Virus record (IMG/VR): IMGVR_UViG_3300046710_000146
Location: 49,863-113,862 of that record
Source: a virus
Taxonomy: Duplodnaviria; Caudoviricetes
Length of the DNA: 64,000 bases
Reading direction: 5' to 3' (one strand)
Shown piece by piece: positions 46,614 through 57,344 of this stretch (position 1 is the first letter of the stretch; every line of letters begins with the position of its first letter). The notes beneath the pieces are model-generated. The model made no database searches, was not told the DNA's origin, and saw only the letters and a list, made by a program, of their open reading frames with translations. The position numbers and the translations under genes are program-made.

Positions 46614-49600
46614 TTACTCGTATGAAGGCAGCACTGGGCCTGGGCGCACGACTTTGATCGAGTACGCACTGAGCCGTGACGTCTTGAAGATGTCTGAGAG
46701 CTCATAATTTGATGCAATCATGTCCTCAAGCACGGCGAAGAATAGTTCGTTGATTTGTGACACTTTTGCTCGGTTCCAGATCGTGGTCAGGGTGTTACGT
46801 GTGGTTGCGGGGGTGCTGAACCAGGTATCACTCTCGTTGAAGTCCAAGAACAACATGTAATCTGGAATTGGCACCGTACCGCTCTCATCAAGCAGCTGAG
46901 TATTTAGGACCGTGAACAATAGCGTCGAGGTCACAAGTGCCGTCGGTGCCAGAACCTGATCAACACCGAAGCCGAACTGCGTGCGCGTGCCATTTCGATC
47001 ATCATAGCTCGACCGACGTGGTGATGGCAAGGTGTTCCCGGCCTCATCGAGGCCACACGCCGTGTTCACAAGCTTCCGCCAGAGAGCTTCAGGGATCTTA
47101 GTACGTTGACCTGGGCGAATCAATGACCATTCAACGTGTGTGTCCTTCAGATCGAGCTGTTGTGGATCATCACGAAGCGTGAAGTTCCTGGTGAACCGGA
47201 GCTTGAAGGTGTCATTCTTGGTGACCACATAGTTCAAGCCGTTGATCGCAAGGGCATTGTACTCCCAGGTGTCAGCTGGCTTCTGAATGTTTTGGAACGT
47301 CAAGAACTGTGATGGCCCAGCTGCGAGCAGCTGCGCAACCGCCTTCACTGACAGATCATTCTTTGGAGCAGGCGATGTACGATTCTTGACCCAGAAGAAG
47401 TACTTGGTGCTCACGATCGTGCCAGCATCATCACGAACTGGAAGCTCTACATATTGGTAGTCTGACTTGTACTGACGCTGGATCAATAGGTTATCCGTGA
47501 TAGCTGGGTCAAATGCAAGTTCCGTCGCCGTTGGGGCGTACGGGCGTACGATCACAACGACATACTGCCCAAATGGAACCTTCAGCACGGTGAGTGTTCT
47601 GCCTACCAATGAGTATGTACCTGTGAGCTGTGCAACACCATTCAAGTACACCGAAAGTTGGTCCACAGTCGTACCAGCCGGTAGATTTACAAACAATGAT
47701 TGACCCCCTGCCTGAGTCTGGACTGCACGAAGGGTAAGTTGCTTCAGCTCTGACCAATCGGCCCAGGCAGTCTGATATCGCTCAATGACCGTACCGTTGT
47801 TCAATGTGAACGACGCATCAGAAGCACCATTAAGCACGGTCTGAACTGGGGTTGCGGTGAACGCAGCATACGGGCCAGCATATGGATACCATTTAGAATC
47901 TGGAACGCGGCTATCGGCGTCAAGCTCAGCCTGTGTTGGAACGTTCCAAGCGCGCCAGCCGATACCGTTGTTGTTCGTATTCACTGGATCTAATGCATCG
48001 TTGGAGAGCTTGGTCGGGTACGGCAACACCGTTGTGCCAGGGTCAGCAACAATGCGTTGAACACCAACGGCGTCAAACAGCATGATGTCATTATCAAGTG
48101 CATTCGCAATGAAGCCAACCATAACTTCAGAGTTAACCACCCCACTGATGCTGCTCTTGATCGTCAAGCGAAGCCCAAATGCTGGAATATCAAAGCTGAA
48201 TGTTTGACCTGCGAACGTGGTGAACGTTGCGCCATATGGCACAGAAGAGCTTGTTCCACGGTCATTCCGAATAGCAATGACCTCCTCTTCACCACTTGCG
48301 TCTTCAACCACGCGCAGGAAGGTCTTAATGTCGAACTCTCCAGTTGGTAGCCCAGAAGCATCAAGCACCGGCGCTGCCGTTACTGGATCATCTTGAAAGC
48401 GGATGATACCAACTTTGTCAGTATGCATGTATGCCGCCACCGTGATCTGACCAGTAAAGCCAGAGAAAGTAGACGTGAAGGTCGCAAAGTCAGCACCTGC
48501 ACGTTGGATACGCTTCGTGAACGCGTCAAGCACCAGGAACTCGCTGAGCGGCCGGGTGTATGACAGATCCTGTTGCCATGCACCAAGATGCATGCCAGCG
48601 TCGATGCCAAGCTGGGCAAAGGTACCATTCTCAAGTGAAACAAGTTCACCACCGTTCAGGAACGTGAGATTTGACAGATACGACCCATTGAATGCTGGAT
48701 GGGCGCTTGCGGTTGCAACCCCAGCTTCGCTCCACGCAATTGGGCGGACGCTCCAGACCCGATCACGGATGTATGTCTTCGCGCCGTACACTGTGCCTTC
48801 AGCACGAGTACGTGAATCTAGATCAGCATTCCCAGCGTCAACTGCAGCTTGCATGTCATATTCGTTTGGTGGAACCGTGCTCTGCACCCACTCCACAACA
48901 TCAACCGTTGCGTAATCAGCGAGCGTGCCCCAGCGGCTTAGGCGCTCGTCAACAGATGCAAAGATCGTTTCATCTGAATATGGAAGGTAGTCCAGATTCG
49001 TGGTATCCCACCAAACACGGCCGACCTCTTTGGTGCCCCACATCCTAAGTGGATCATAGTTTGAGTTCCCAAGAACCAGCGTTGACACATTGTATCGTGC
49101 TGGATCTTTATCTGAGATGATGTTCACACTCTCCAATGCGGCTGGAGCGTGTTGCCCGATTGCTGGGTGCCAGTGCGGAATCTCCTCAACAAGCTCAGGA
49201 TTCACATAGTTGAATAGCTTTACTGGATTGAACTTCGGCGTTGCTGGGCCATACCCAATGGCGGACAGCGTACCGGGTGCGGTAACCCGCAGGGTACGAG
49301 CATTGATCTGTTCGGCCGTCGCGGTCGAGGATGGGTCAATGATAAGTTTGTCGGCAATAAATGACAGGGTGATCACCTCACCACGCTGTACCATATCATT
49401 CGAGTACGTGCCAGCAACCTGCGCTTCGAACGTAACCGGGCCAACTGACAGATCATCAAGCGTGAACCAACGTGCTTCATCGTCAGAGATGATGTTCGTG
49501 AATGCCTCATATCCGGCTGGGGGTGCCAGCGGATTTGGTAGATCAAAGATCAACTTCGTGAACTGTTGAAGGGTGTCACCAACCGTGAGCTTCAGTTCTG

Positions 49601-52600
49601 GGAAGATCTTCGAGCGTGAGTCACCATACTCAGCAACCTTGTATGCCCAGTACTCATCAAGCTTTGCATCTTCAAAGCGATCGTTGTTCAAGAACGCCGT
49701 GATCGAGGCATTCGTGCCCTTCATCTGAATCAGCCCACGCCAGAAGTTGAACTGCGTCCGATCATTCAGATCCAGATCAGCCATGTACTTCTTCGGTGTG
49801 AACCCAAGTAGTGCCAGCGCGTGCTTCGTTGACTGCTCATCTTCGTACACGCTGTCGGTGTCGTAATAATGAGCGATCTTGTCGGTTGATGCCTGAAGAT
49901 TCTTCTTGACTTCATTACCAACCAGATAGTGTCCGCCAAATTCCGGCCGCAGCGTCTTCGATGCTTGACGCCGCCCGTTCAGCTTAATCGTCGAGATCCG
50001 TGCACCACTGAATGGATCATAGATCAGCCCACTATTCGTGCTTGGAGATGACAGATTATTGAACACGAACAGATGTTCGAACTCATCGATCTGAGCATGC
50101 ACCGAGTACATTGGAACGACTGCACCGATCTGCGACTTCCCACGCTGGCGAAGCATCGTCAGATCGTGTGTATTAATTTTCACACCAAGAATATCGAACA
50201 CGGCGGGGTGCGCAGTCACGTCGAACAACGCGCTGTCGTAGTATTCAGACAACAGCCCAGTATCCTGATCAAGCCAGATCCGGTCGATGAATGGGTTCAA
50301 AATGTACCCTTCACCAAGGCGAACACCAGTGCTGTACACCGCGTCAATGAGCTTCTCAATTTCAAGTTGCCAGTTCCTGACACGGCCAGTCACCTGATCA
50401 ATGTTCTGGATCCCGTCATCATTGAACACCCATCCATCATCCTGCATCTTGCGCGAGTACCCGTACACAAGGTTAACCACGTTCTGCAGGCCCACAATCG
50501 TCAGTGGAAGCTGAGCAGATATGGTGCCGGCGACGTTCGTGTAGTTCCTCCAAGCGGTAAGCGTGTGTGCTTGATCAAGTGCGTTGAACGTGCTGAACTC
50601 ACCAGTGGTGTCGAGCGTGTAGTACTCAAGATCGAGGTACCGAGCATTATACCCTTCCACACGGAAGGTCCAATCACCTGCATCACCGGCTGGAATTACG
50701 GCGCTGTTATCACCAGTTCCAGTCAAGGTGCCAGCCCCCATTTGCACGACGGTAACACGAAGCGCCTGGGCCCAGAGGTTCTTGGCATATGGCGAGCGCT
50801 TGAACCGTAGCGCATATGAACTTTCTGGAAGGGCCTCATTATCAGTGAAGACCCGCAGATCATCGGTTGACACGAGCCCACCAGCACGATACCCAAGATT
50901 GATATCCCAACCCTTGTACGCGCTGATTGCATATCCGCGGTTCGTGTCAATTGAAGATTCACGAAGGGCCTGTGCAAATGTCTGCCCTAAGCCATGAACC
51001 ACATGATAGTTAAATGGCTCAAACGTCACGATCATCCCAGCGCCGTTTGCATTTGCCTGTAGCCGGAACTTATCACCAAGCCGGAATGGACGGCCTTCAT
51101 CTTCAATCCGAAGATTAGTGAGGGTGTACCCAAACCCGGTGACCGTGCTGGTCAGCCCTTCATTCACATGACCAATCAGCGCGCCATCAACTGTGATGCT
51201 CCAGCTTTGAGCGCGGGCCGCGGTGTATGCATCACGAGTGATCTCAAGCACAAAGGCTGCTGGGCCAGTAGCCAACACAATTGAGAACGGGGCAGCACGG
51301 CTTATGCTCAGCTGCGGCTGCCCATGCAGACGGAAGCGTGGGTGCCCTGGCACCGCGATGTCATACCCATCATACAGAATACCGTCAACTGACACCCATT
51401 CAAAGCCCCAGCACGCGCCAAGGAATGACATCGGATCATATCGGAATGCAGCACGAGCCAATGAATATCGGTACTCAATGGACTTCACCCAGACCGTTTC
51501 AACCGGTGATGATTCACCGAACAGATAGGCTGCCGATGGGTTCGGTGGCATGACATTCGTCAAGGCATTCACACCCCAAGGGATGTACGCGCTGACATAT
51601 GGTGGCAACAGCGCATCACGATTGGTATCAACTGAGAGCTTCAGCGTTGGCCGGGCCGTTTGGATGTCAGCCCACATCGTTGGCTGCCAGAGGCGAACCT
51701 GTGTAAAGTTCACTGGATCAACATTCACGGTGATGACGCTGGTCAAGAGCACGAACTGCGTGCCCATGAACTCATTACCGGTCTGAATGTTGAACAGTGT
51801 ATTTGCTGCAAGTGGCGTGCTTGCGCGTGCCCACCCACCGGTGGAGACCACCCATGGTCCATTATTTGCCGAATTTGCTTCGCTCACAAGCAACACCGTT
51901 TGATTAGCACTCAGAAGATTTCCATCTACGACCGGAAGGCCATTAAGTGATGTGCTAAGTGGAACCACGCTATACGCAACGGCAGTTACGGATACCTCGG
52001 TGTACACCCCAGCAGCAATATCCACGGGGGTGACCACCGCCCTGTACATGGCATCCCACGTGCTAGGCTTTGTTGCATTTCCGAGGAGCTTCCATGGCTC
52101 CAGATTTGGGCGTGAAGTTGGAACAACAGCTGCCCCGAACGTTGCATGATGCGCTTGGAGCGCGTTGAACCAGCGCGCTGGCACTGGACCACCAACAGGG
52201 GCAAACGTGATGCTGCCAGAGTAGTTCCATGTGAACGCATCGGTGCTCACGTAATCTGGTGCGGTTGGGTCATATCCGTTCTGTACGGCCCAGGTGTTCA
52301 GCTCTCGCTTGAGCTGCATGTTCAGGTCACCAGTTCTAGCGGTCTGAATCTCAGATTTGGAGAAGTAAGACCGTTGCTCAGATGAGATCCCATCGAACAG
52401 GCGCTGCTCGACGATCAGCATAACCTCATTCAAGATGTTTGCAATGTCGACCGTACCCCAATACGCGGCGGCACCAGCTTCAAGCCGATCACGGAACACC
52501 GCATCTTGGACGAACAGCGGGCTCAAATGCCCGTCATGATGCTGAACGAGCTCGACCCCAAGCTCATTGTCAAAGATCACGCCTGGCTGCGCGAGCGGGG

Positions 52601-55085
52601 TAACGCCAAGCTGCGGCAGCGTTGCCGGGAACCCAACCACTGGTGAGGTACTGTCGTACAGCACCGTGCGTACATCATTGTCCTTCGCCCGAATTGCCAA
52701 CAGGTAATCAACCAGCGTGTTCAACTCAGCGGTCGTGTTTGGGATCCCCTGCATATTGAAGTATTCAATAATCTTCGTGCAGAAGATATCGACAAGGGTG
52801 TTGTACCCAATCTCATACTGCCGCTGCGCCAGATCAATCATGCTGATCGGGGTCATATCACGTTGCATCAACAGCGATGCGAGCAGATTCTGCTGCTCAG
52901 ACCACAGCTTGATCGAGCCGCCGAACGCACGATCTTCAGCGGTGGTCTGCAGTTGGTTCACAAGGATACCACGGAAGTGCGAGTACAGTGTGCCTTCTGG
53001 AATCTCATCGCCGTTATCGGCCGCGACGTTGTTGAAGAACATACGTGGGATCTGCCATGCCCCAACACCAGCCGTATCAGAAGCCGCACCGCCAAACAGA
53101 TCGTACAGCATATCAGATGGATCACGGTACACGTACCGCGTCGTTTCAAAGTTCGCGATCCGGAACTTGAAGTTATCACCGATCGCAAAGGGGATAGCCC
53201 CAGCGGTGATGGTTGCGGTGAACAACCCATTTGAATATGGCACACCAACGTGCAGCACGTTGAACGGCGCGGGCAGAACATTGACCTTAGACCCAAGAAC
53301 GCTGAATGTAAATGGCCCCGTGGCCGTAAGCGTCCAGATCTGCTGTGCTGAAAATGGGTCTGACCCAACATCAACTGTCAGCGTACCGTCACCTAGGCCA
53401 CCGTACTCTTGGTCAACCACCGTTGCGGCAGAATAACCAGGGTGCCAGATCGTATGCAGCTCACCGAGTCTGTCCTTGTAGAACAGCAGACCGTTGTCTT
53501 CCTCCAACATGCCGTGGGCGAATAGAAAGTCAGCGCTGGCATTATCAGCATGTTTTACGCGGCGCTGGAGCGCAACGTCGATCGCGGCGGCTGGGTCCTC
53601 AACGTAGAAGAACAGAGATGAAGCTCGCTGTGAATGGGTCCCATCATATCTGAATAGATCATACAACGGAACCTGATTGAACTCAGTCTTCCGCTGTTCA
53701 TACAGGGTGCCACCAACATCGGTCGGCAGCCCATTGGACACACGAGAGTTCAGCTGTAGGTTCGACGAGTATTCAATGATTGGCCGCGTTGCTTGAATGA
53801 CCTTTGATAGATCAGCGCCAATCGCAATGAGATCGTCATGTTTCGCCCAGAAGTTACCCTCTTGCCAGTCATTTGTGTTGCTCACCGTGTTCGTTGCAAT
53901 GCGGTTCCAACCGTAACCGCCATCTGCGGAGAATGATTCGAACATTGAATTCGCCTGCCCACCAGCGGTCACAAAAACCCGGGCACCTGCACTCGCGGTG
54001 GTAGCGTTAAAATCAGACACCGCCTCCCACACCCCTGGCTTCACCACGTAGATTCCTTGAACTGTCGCTGGGCCATGCTGTATAAGCACACGGTCATTCT
54101 CTTTGAGGAGCACGCCGTCCATCGTTTGATAGATGTTCAATGAGTTCACCGCCGTGATCTTGCCCTTGGTACCTGGGCCAACGGTGAGCGTTATGTTGTA
54201 CGTGCTCGTCAAGAACGGTGCGGTGATCGTGAAGGTGTCACCAGCCGCGAAGGCCTCATACCCAAGAGGTAGCCCACCACCGTCAAGCACGATGTCGCGT
54301 GTGATGTTGAAGGTCAGCAGCGGAGCGGGGGCGCCAGCGCGGGTGAACGCAACTGGGAAGGTGTCAGTTGGCCACGGCCCAGGGTATGCTGCAGCAACCA
54401 GTGAAGGAAGCGTAAATGGCCCCTGGAGCTGTTCTGAAACAGGCGCCGTTGAATCGGATGTTGCGATCATGAACTCGGTAGCCGAGGTGAACGTGATCGT
54501 CCAGGTCTGCGCTAGGTACCCAGTGCCTGTCAGCGTTGAGGTTTTAGTGCTGCTCGCCCGCGCATTCAGCTTATCCAGATCAGTGAGCTTTGGCACCGCA
54601 ATGGTGTAGTACTCAGGCGCAACGGTTGGGTTCCACGCCAAATCAGGCACTGATGGAAGGGCCTTTGCGATCCAGTAATAGTTGAAGAAGTTCGTGAACT
54701 TATCCAGATCAATTGGTGGCGCGTAGTTGTTCCCTTGTGAGTACAACCACTGAGCTTGATCTTCAGAGATCCCAAGAACCTCAGCTTTACGGATTAAATC
54801 CTGCGCTGTGAACGAATGTGTCTCCGTGCCTGTCTTGAAGGACAACACTGGAATGAGCGCATTGATGTCACGCTCAACATTCAGCTGTGGAACCTTTGGG
54901 GTTCGATCGTCCGGTGACGCTGGCTTACGGCCCACGTACCCGTACAGCGGGACAGCTTCGTCCTGAGTTAGGAACCTGTTGAACAGATTGTCCAACAAGG
55001 ATTTGACCATTGGATTCCGCAGATTAGAGGGAACCAGATTCGTCAAATCTTGGAAGGGGAGGGTATAGTCTTTGTTTGCCATCAT
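46614..55085 (-). CDS. very large structural protein (2823 aa), probable baseplate wedge
   Basis: PPIDLDKF.NF..YYW and W...VG.VWWD motifs; late promoter upstream. Confidence 0.65.
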   Translation of the reverse strand: MMANKDYTLPFQDLTNLVPSNLRNPMVKSLLDNLFNRFLTQDEAVPLYGYVGRKPASPDDRTPKVPQLNVERDINALIPVLSFKTGTETHSFTAQDLIRKAEVLGISEDQAQWLYSQGNNYAPPIDLDKFTNFFNYYWIAKALPSVPDLAWNPTVAPEYYTIAVPKLTDLDKLNARASSTKTSTLTGTGYLAQTWTITFTSATEFMIATSDSTAPVSEQLQGPFTLPSLVAAAYPGPWPTDTFPVAFTRAGAPAPLLTFNITRDIVLDGGGLPLGYEAFAAGDTFTITAPFLTSTYNITLTVGPGTKGKITAVNSLNIYQTMDGVLLKENDRVLIQHGPATVQGIYVVKPGVWEAVSDFNATTASAGARVFVTAGGQANSMFESFSADGGYGWNRIATNTVSNTNDWQEGNFWAKHDDLIAIGADLSKVIQATRPIIEYSSNLQLNSRVSNGLPTDVGGTLYEQRKTEFNQVPLYDLFRYDGTHSQRASSLFFYVEDPAAAIDVALQRRVKHADNASADFLFAHGMLEEDNGLLFYKDRLGELHTIWHPGYSAATVVDQEYGGLGDGTLTVDVGSDPFSAQQIWTLTATGPFTFSVLGSKVNVLPAPFNVLHVGVPYSNGLFTATITAGAIPFAIGDNFKFRIANFETTRYVYRDPSDMLYDLFGGAASDTAGVGAWQIPRMFFNNVAADNGDEIPEGTLYSHFRGILVNQLQTTAEDRAFGGSIKLWSEQQNLLASLLMQRDMTPISMIDLAQRQYEIGYNTLVDIFCTKIIEYFNMQGIPNTTAELNTLVDYLLAIRAKDNDVRTVLYDSTSPVVGFPATLPQLGVTPLAQPGVIFDNELGVELVQHHDGHLSPLFVQDAVFRDRLEAGAAAYWGTVDIANILNEVMLIVEQRLFDGISSEQRSYFSKSEIQTARTGDLNMQLKRELNTWAVQNGYDPTAPDYVSTDAFTWNYSGSITFAPVGGPVPARWFNALQAHHATFGAAVVPTSRPNLEPWKLLGNATKPSTWDAMYRAVVTPVDIAAGVYTEVSVTAVAYSVVPLSTSLNGLPVVDGNLLSANQTVLLVSEANSANNGPWVVSTGGWARASTPLAANTLFNIQTGNEFMGTQFVLLTSVITVNVDPVNFTQVRLWQPTMWADIQTARPTLKLSVDTNRDALLPPYVSAYIPWGVNALTNVMPPNPSAAYLFGESSPVETVWVKSIEYRYSLARAAFRYDPMSFLGACWGFEWVSVDGILYDGYDIAVPGHPRFRLHGQPQLSISRAAPFSIVLATGPAAFVLEITRDAYTAARAQSWSITVDGALIGHVNEGLTSTVTGFGYTLTNLRIEDEGRPFRLGDKFRLQANANGAGMIVTFEPFNYHVVHGLGQTFAQALRESSIDTNRGYAISAYKGWDINLGYRAGGLVSTDDLRVFTDNEALPESSYALRFKRSPYAKNLWAQALRVTVVQMGAGTLTGTGDNSAVIPAGDAGDWTFRVEGYNARYLDLEYYTLDTTGEFSTFNALDQAHTLTAWRNYTNVAGTISAQLPLTIVGLQNVVNLVYGYSRKMQDDGWVFNDDGIQNIDQVTGRVRNWQLEIEKLIDAVYSTGVRLGEGYILNPFIDRIWLDQDTGLLSEYYDSALFDVTAHPAVFDILGVKINTHDLTMLRQRGKSQIGAVVPMYSVHAQIDEFEHLFVFNNLSSPSTNSGLIYDPFSGARISTIKLNGRRQASKTLRPEFGGHYLVGNEVKKNLQASTDKIAHYYDTDSVYEDEQSTKHALALLGFTPKKYMADLDLNDRTQFNFWRGLIQMKGTNASITAFLNNDRFEDAKLDEYWAYKVAEYGDSRSKIFPELKLTVGDTLQQFTKLIFDLPNPLAPPAGYEAFTNIISDDEARWFTLDDLSVGPVTFEAQVAGTYSNDMVQRGEVITLSFIADKLIIDPSSTATAEQINARTLRVTAPGTLSAIGYGPATPKFNPVKLFNYVNPELVEEIPHWHPAIGQHAPAALESVNIISDKDPARYNVSTLVLGNSNYDPLRMWGTKEVGRVWWDTTNLDYLPYSDETIFASVDERLSRWGTLADYATVDVVEWVQSTVPPNEYDMQAAVDAGNADLDSRTRAEGTVYGAKTYIRDRVWSVRPIAWSEAGVATASAHPAFNGSYLSNLTFLNGGELVSLENGTFAQLGIDAGMHLGAWQQDLSYTRPLSEFLVLDAFTKRIQRAGADFATFTSTFSGFTGQITVAAYMHTDKVGIIRFQDDPVTAAPVLDASGLPTGEFDIKTFLRVVEDASGEEEVIAIRNDRGTSSSVPYGATFTTFAGQTFSFDIPAFGLRLTIKSSISGVVNSEVMVGFIANALDNDIMLFDAVGVQRIVADPGTTVLPYPTKLSNDALDPVNTNNNGIGWRAWNVPTQAELDADSRVPDSKWYPYAGPYAAFTATPVQTVLNGASDASFTLNNGTVIERYQTAWADWSELKQLTLRAVQTQAGGQSLFVNLPAGTTVDQLSVYLNGVAQLTGTYSLVGRTLTVLKVPFGQYVVVIVRPYAPTATELAFDPAITDNLLIQRQYKSDYQYVELPVRDDAGTIVSTKYFFWVKNRTSPAPKNDLSVKAVAQLLAAGPSQFLTFQNIQKPADTWEYNALAINGLNYVVTKNDTFKLRFTRNFTLRDDPQQLDLKDTHVEWSLIRPGQRTKIPEALWRKLVNTACGLDEAGNTLPSPRRSSYDDRNGTRTQFGFGVDQVLAPTALVTSTLLFTVLNTQLLDESGTVPIPDYMLFLDFNESDTWFSTPATTRNTLTTIWNRAKVSQINELFFAVLEDMIASNYELSDIFKTSRLSAYSIKVVRPGPVLPSYE

Positions 55086-55106
55086 GCACGCAGTTCATCA
55101 GTGCAG

Positions 55107-55112
55107 TATTTA
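55107..55112 (-). promoter_or_regulatory. late promoter TAAATA
   Basis: Intergenic motif copy. Confidence 0.65.
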
Positions 55113-55209
55113 GACAGCAGCCAAATGCGCGGAAATCACCCCATCCCAACAGAGATGTAACGGGCGACGACGACCGGTGATGCGCTAGATGTTGGTGCAG
55201 AGCATATCA

Positions 55210-55235
55210 GACGAGGGACCCTAGGGTCCCTCGTC
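55210..55235. repeat. perfect 26-bp palindrome
   Basis: GACGAGGGACCCT|AGGGTCCCTCGTC. Confidence 0.95.
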
Positions 55236-55250
55236 ATCGTCTGGTGCTAC

Positions 55251-55439
55251 CTACAACTGTTCAGGCTCAGGCGGTGCATCTCGTGTTTGCTCCCATTCGG
55301 CTCTGTTATGGGCGCGCCTATCCTGTTCAGCATTATTTATTTTCCAATGTGCAGCTGTCAGCCACCGTTCGGCCTCTTCATGAGTGCAACCAGTTCTCAG
55401 AGAGAACCACAGCACCTTCTGTTTCTGTTTGTTGTTCAT
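55251..55439 (-). CDS. small UBA-like three-helix protein
   Basis: F...TG.....A...L....W....A pattern; ATGA overlap. Confidence 0.55.
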   Translation of the reverse strand: MNNKQKQKVLWFSLRTGCTHEEAERWLTAAHWKINNAEQDRRAHNRAEWEQTRDAPPEPEQL

Positions 55440-56686
55440 GCTGTGAGCCGTAGCCCAAGGGTTTTGATCAGCTCCGGCAGTCGGTCCAGGTACTCCTGTG
55501 GAACCCCGTCCAGCCCATCGTGCACCATGATCCCATGCCGATCACATGCCTCCCACAGCGCGTACCGAGCTTTTCGCTCCCAGGCAAAGTACGAGCTGAA
55601 CACGGCCTTCACGTTCACACGGCTTGGTGCCAACTTCAGGAGCTCAACACAGGCATACTTCTTGGCGGATGCAAACTGATCTGAGATCCGTTGAAGCCGG
55701 TTTCCAATCGTCGTGAGCTCACTGAGCGTTGCATTCGGCGCTGCATCGTTGATAAGCTTTGCGGTCTGTGAGAACTCCGCGCCGTTCGTCAGCACAGCAG
55801 CGGAGGCACGCGATCCATTCGCAATGCTCATGAGCACCCGCTTGATCAGCGCACGGTTCTTTTCGTCATACGGTTGCTGAAGAACCTGCGTGCAGAGTTC
55901 ACGTCGGAACGCCTCTTTATCATCCAGCAGCCGAATCAGATCAGGGAACAGGGTGGGCAGCAGATGCCGCTTGTTCTTGAACGCCAGCTTTAAATGTTCC
56001 ATCAGGAACTGGATGTACGCGGCATCAAGATCAATGCCAGGGCCGAACAGCTCTTCACGAAGCCAGGATGGCCAGGTCTCAATGCCAGAGATCGGCCAAA
56101 TGCTGGTGTCACGCTGTTTTAACCGGCCACTGGGGACGAAGTGAAAGTTCAATTCACTTGACTGCTTCACCAACCAGCGTAGCGGTGGAACAAGTTCAGG
56201 TCGGCCATCAATCAACGTTCGAACGATCAGGCTCTTAAGATCCAAATTCGGTCGCAGATGAATCTTCGAGATCGTCGCGTGCTCTGGGAGCGGTGGTGGG
56301 GTGAATCGTGCCTCGTTCGACACCGCCTCAATGAGGCCAAGCTCTTCAGGCTTTAGGAACTTCGGCACCAACGTCGTGATCTCACGCTTCTCCTCGTCGA
56401 GGTGATACCCAAGCTGCTTCACCTCAAAGAAGTAATCAAGCGCAGGGCGGTAGTCACGTACCCATTCACGAAGCTCAGTGAGCTGCACCTGCACCGAACA
56501 GAATGCTCGGGGTTTGCCGCTTCGAATCGTGCCATGGTAAAGATTTGCCAACCAGAGCACCAGATCCTGTCGGGCCTCGGATCGACCACGATGTAGTCGT
56601 TGGAGATCCGGCCAGAACTGGGTCCAATGCAGCGGGTGCGTTGGCGCGAGTGGTTCAGCGGTGCTGAGCTTGTACGGTCTTGTCAT
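55436..56686 (-). CDS. divergent family A polymerase-like protein
   Basis: SGRL, DLDAAY (motif A), R..IK......NG (motif B), MVHDG (motif C). Confidence 0.65.
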   Translation of the reverse strand: MTRPYKLSTAEPLAPTHPLHWTQFWPDLQRLHRGRSEARQDLVLWLANLYHGTIRSGKPRAFCSVQVQLTELREWVRDYRPALDYFFEVKQLGYHLDEEKREITTLVPKFLKPEELGLIEAVSNEARFTPPPLPEHATISKIHLRPNLDLKSLIVRTLIDGRPELVPPLRWLVKQSSELNFHFVPSGRLKQRDTSIWPISGIETWPSWLREELFGPGIDLDAAYIQFLMEHLKLAFKNKRHLLPTLFPDLIRLLDDKEAFRRELCTQVLQQPYDEKNRALIKRVLMSIANGSRASAAVLTNGAEFSQTAKLINDAAPNATLSELTTIGNRLQRISDQFASAKKYACVELLKLAPSRVNVKAVFSSYFAWERKARYALWEACDRHGIMVHDGLDGVPQEYLDRLPELIKTLGLRLTA

Positions 56687-56865
56687 AGGGGTGGATAACC
56701 AAATTGCTCACTTAGCTCTTGATCTCGCTCACCGTAATAATAGATCGTCACGGGGGTGCGTTTGCCGAACATCGCCTGCCAAAGCTCAGTCCTTTGCATC
56801 TGCACCTCGCCGATGTAGTTTCCCACAAGGGCAGTGTGCAGATCGGTCGTGAGGTACCAGGTCAT
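56683..56865 (-). CDS. hypothetical protein
   Basis: ATGA overlaps on both sides. Confidence 0.6.
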   Translation of the reverse strand: MTWYLTTDLHTALVGNYIGEVQMQRTELWQAMFGKRTPVTIYYYGERDQELSEQFGYPPL

Positions 56866-57344
56866 TTGAACTTCGAGGTTACATCCGGCACGGGGGTTTC
56901 GAACCAGAATACCTCGAATGAGGAGAATACCCGGCAGAAATTCGGCTCGCACGTATAGCAATCGTTCGATGTGCTGCCAAGCAAGGTGCTTATCATCTCA
57001 GTTGCATCGCCACCAAGATCATCGAGCTCATCGTCGTCAAGCTCTTCAAGATCCTCCAGATCAGGTACCCCTTCAAGGATCCAAACTGAACGGAGATCAT
57101 CGGAGATGCTTGGGTGATCTGTCAGCGCCTGCTCAATGAGCTTCACGAGAACTGATGAGCTGTTCCCTTGATTGCCTAGCCCTGAGCCGCTCCCGTGTCT
57201 TGATGTGAACTGCTTCGCGATCGAAAGCAAGAACCTCACATCCGCTTCCGTCAGCCCGCTGATGATCTCGGTGCCGTAGTCATCAGCATCGTTCTCCCAG
57301 GAGGTGACGTGCAGCTGATACCCGACTGGGATTGGCTCAGACAC
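56862..57344 (-). CDS. hypothetical protein
   Basis: GTG start, AAGGA RBS. Confidence 0.7.
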   Translation of the reverse strand: MSEPIPVGYQLHVTSWENDADDYGTEIISGLTEADVRFLLSIAKQFTSRHGSGSGLGNQGNSSSVLVKLIEQALTDHPSISDDLRSVWILEGVPDLEDLEELDDDELDDLGGDATEMISTLLGSTSNDCYTCEPNFCRVFSSFEVFWFETPVPDVTSKFK

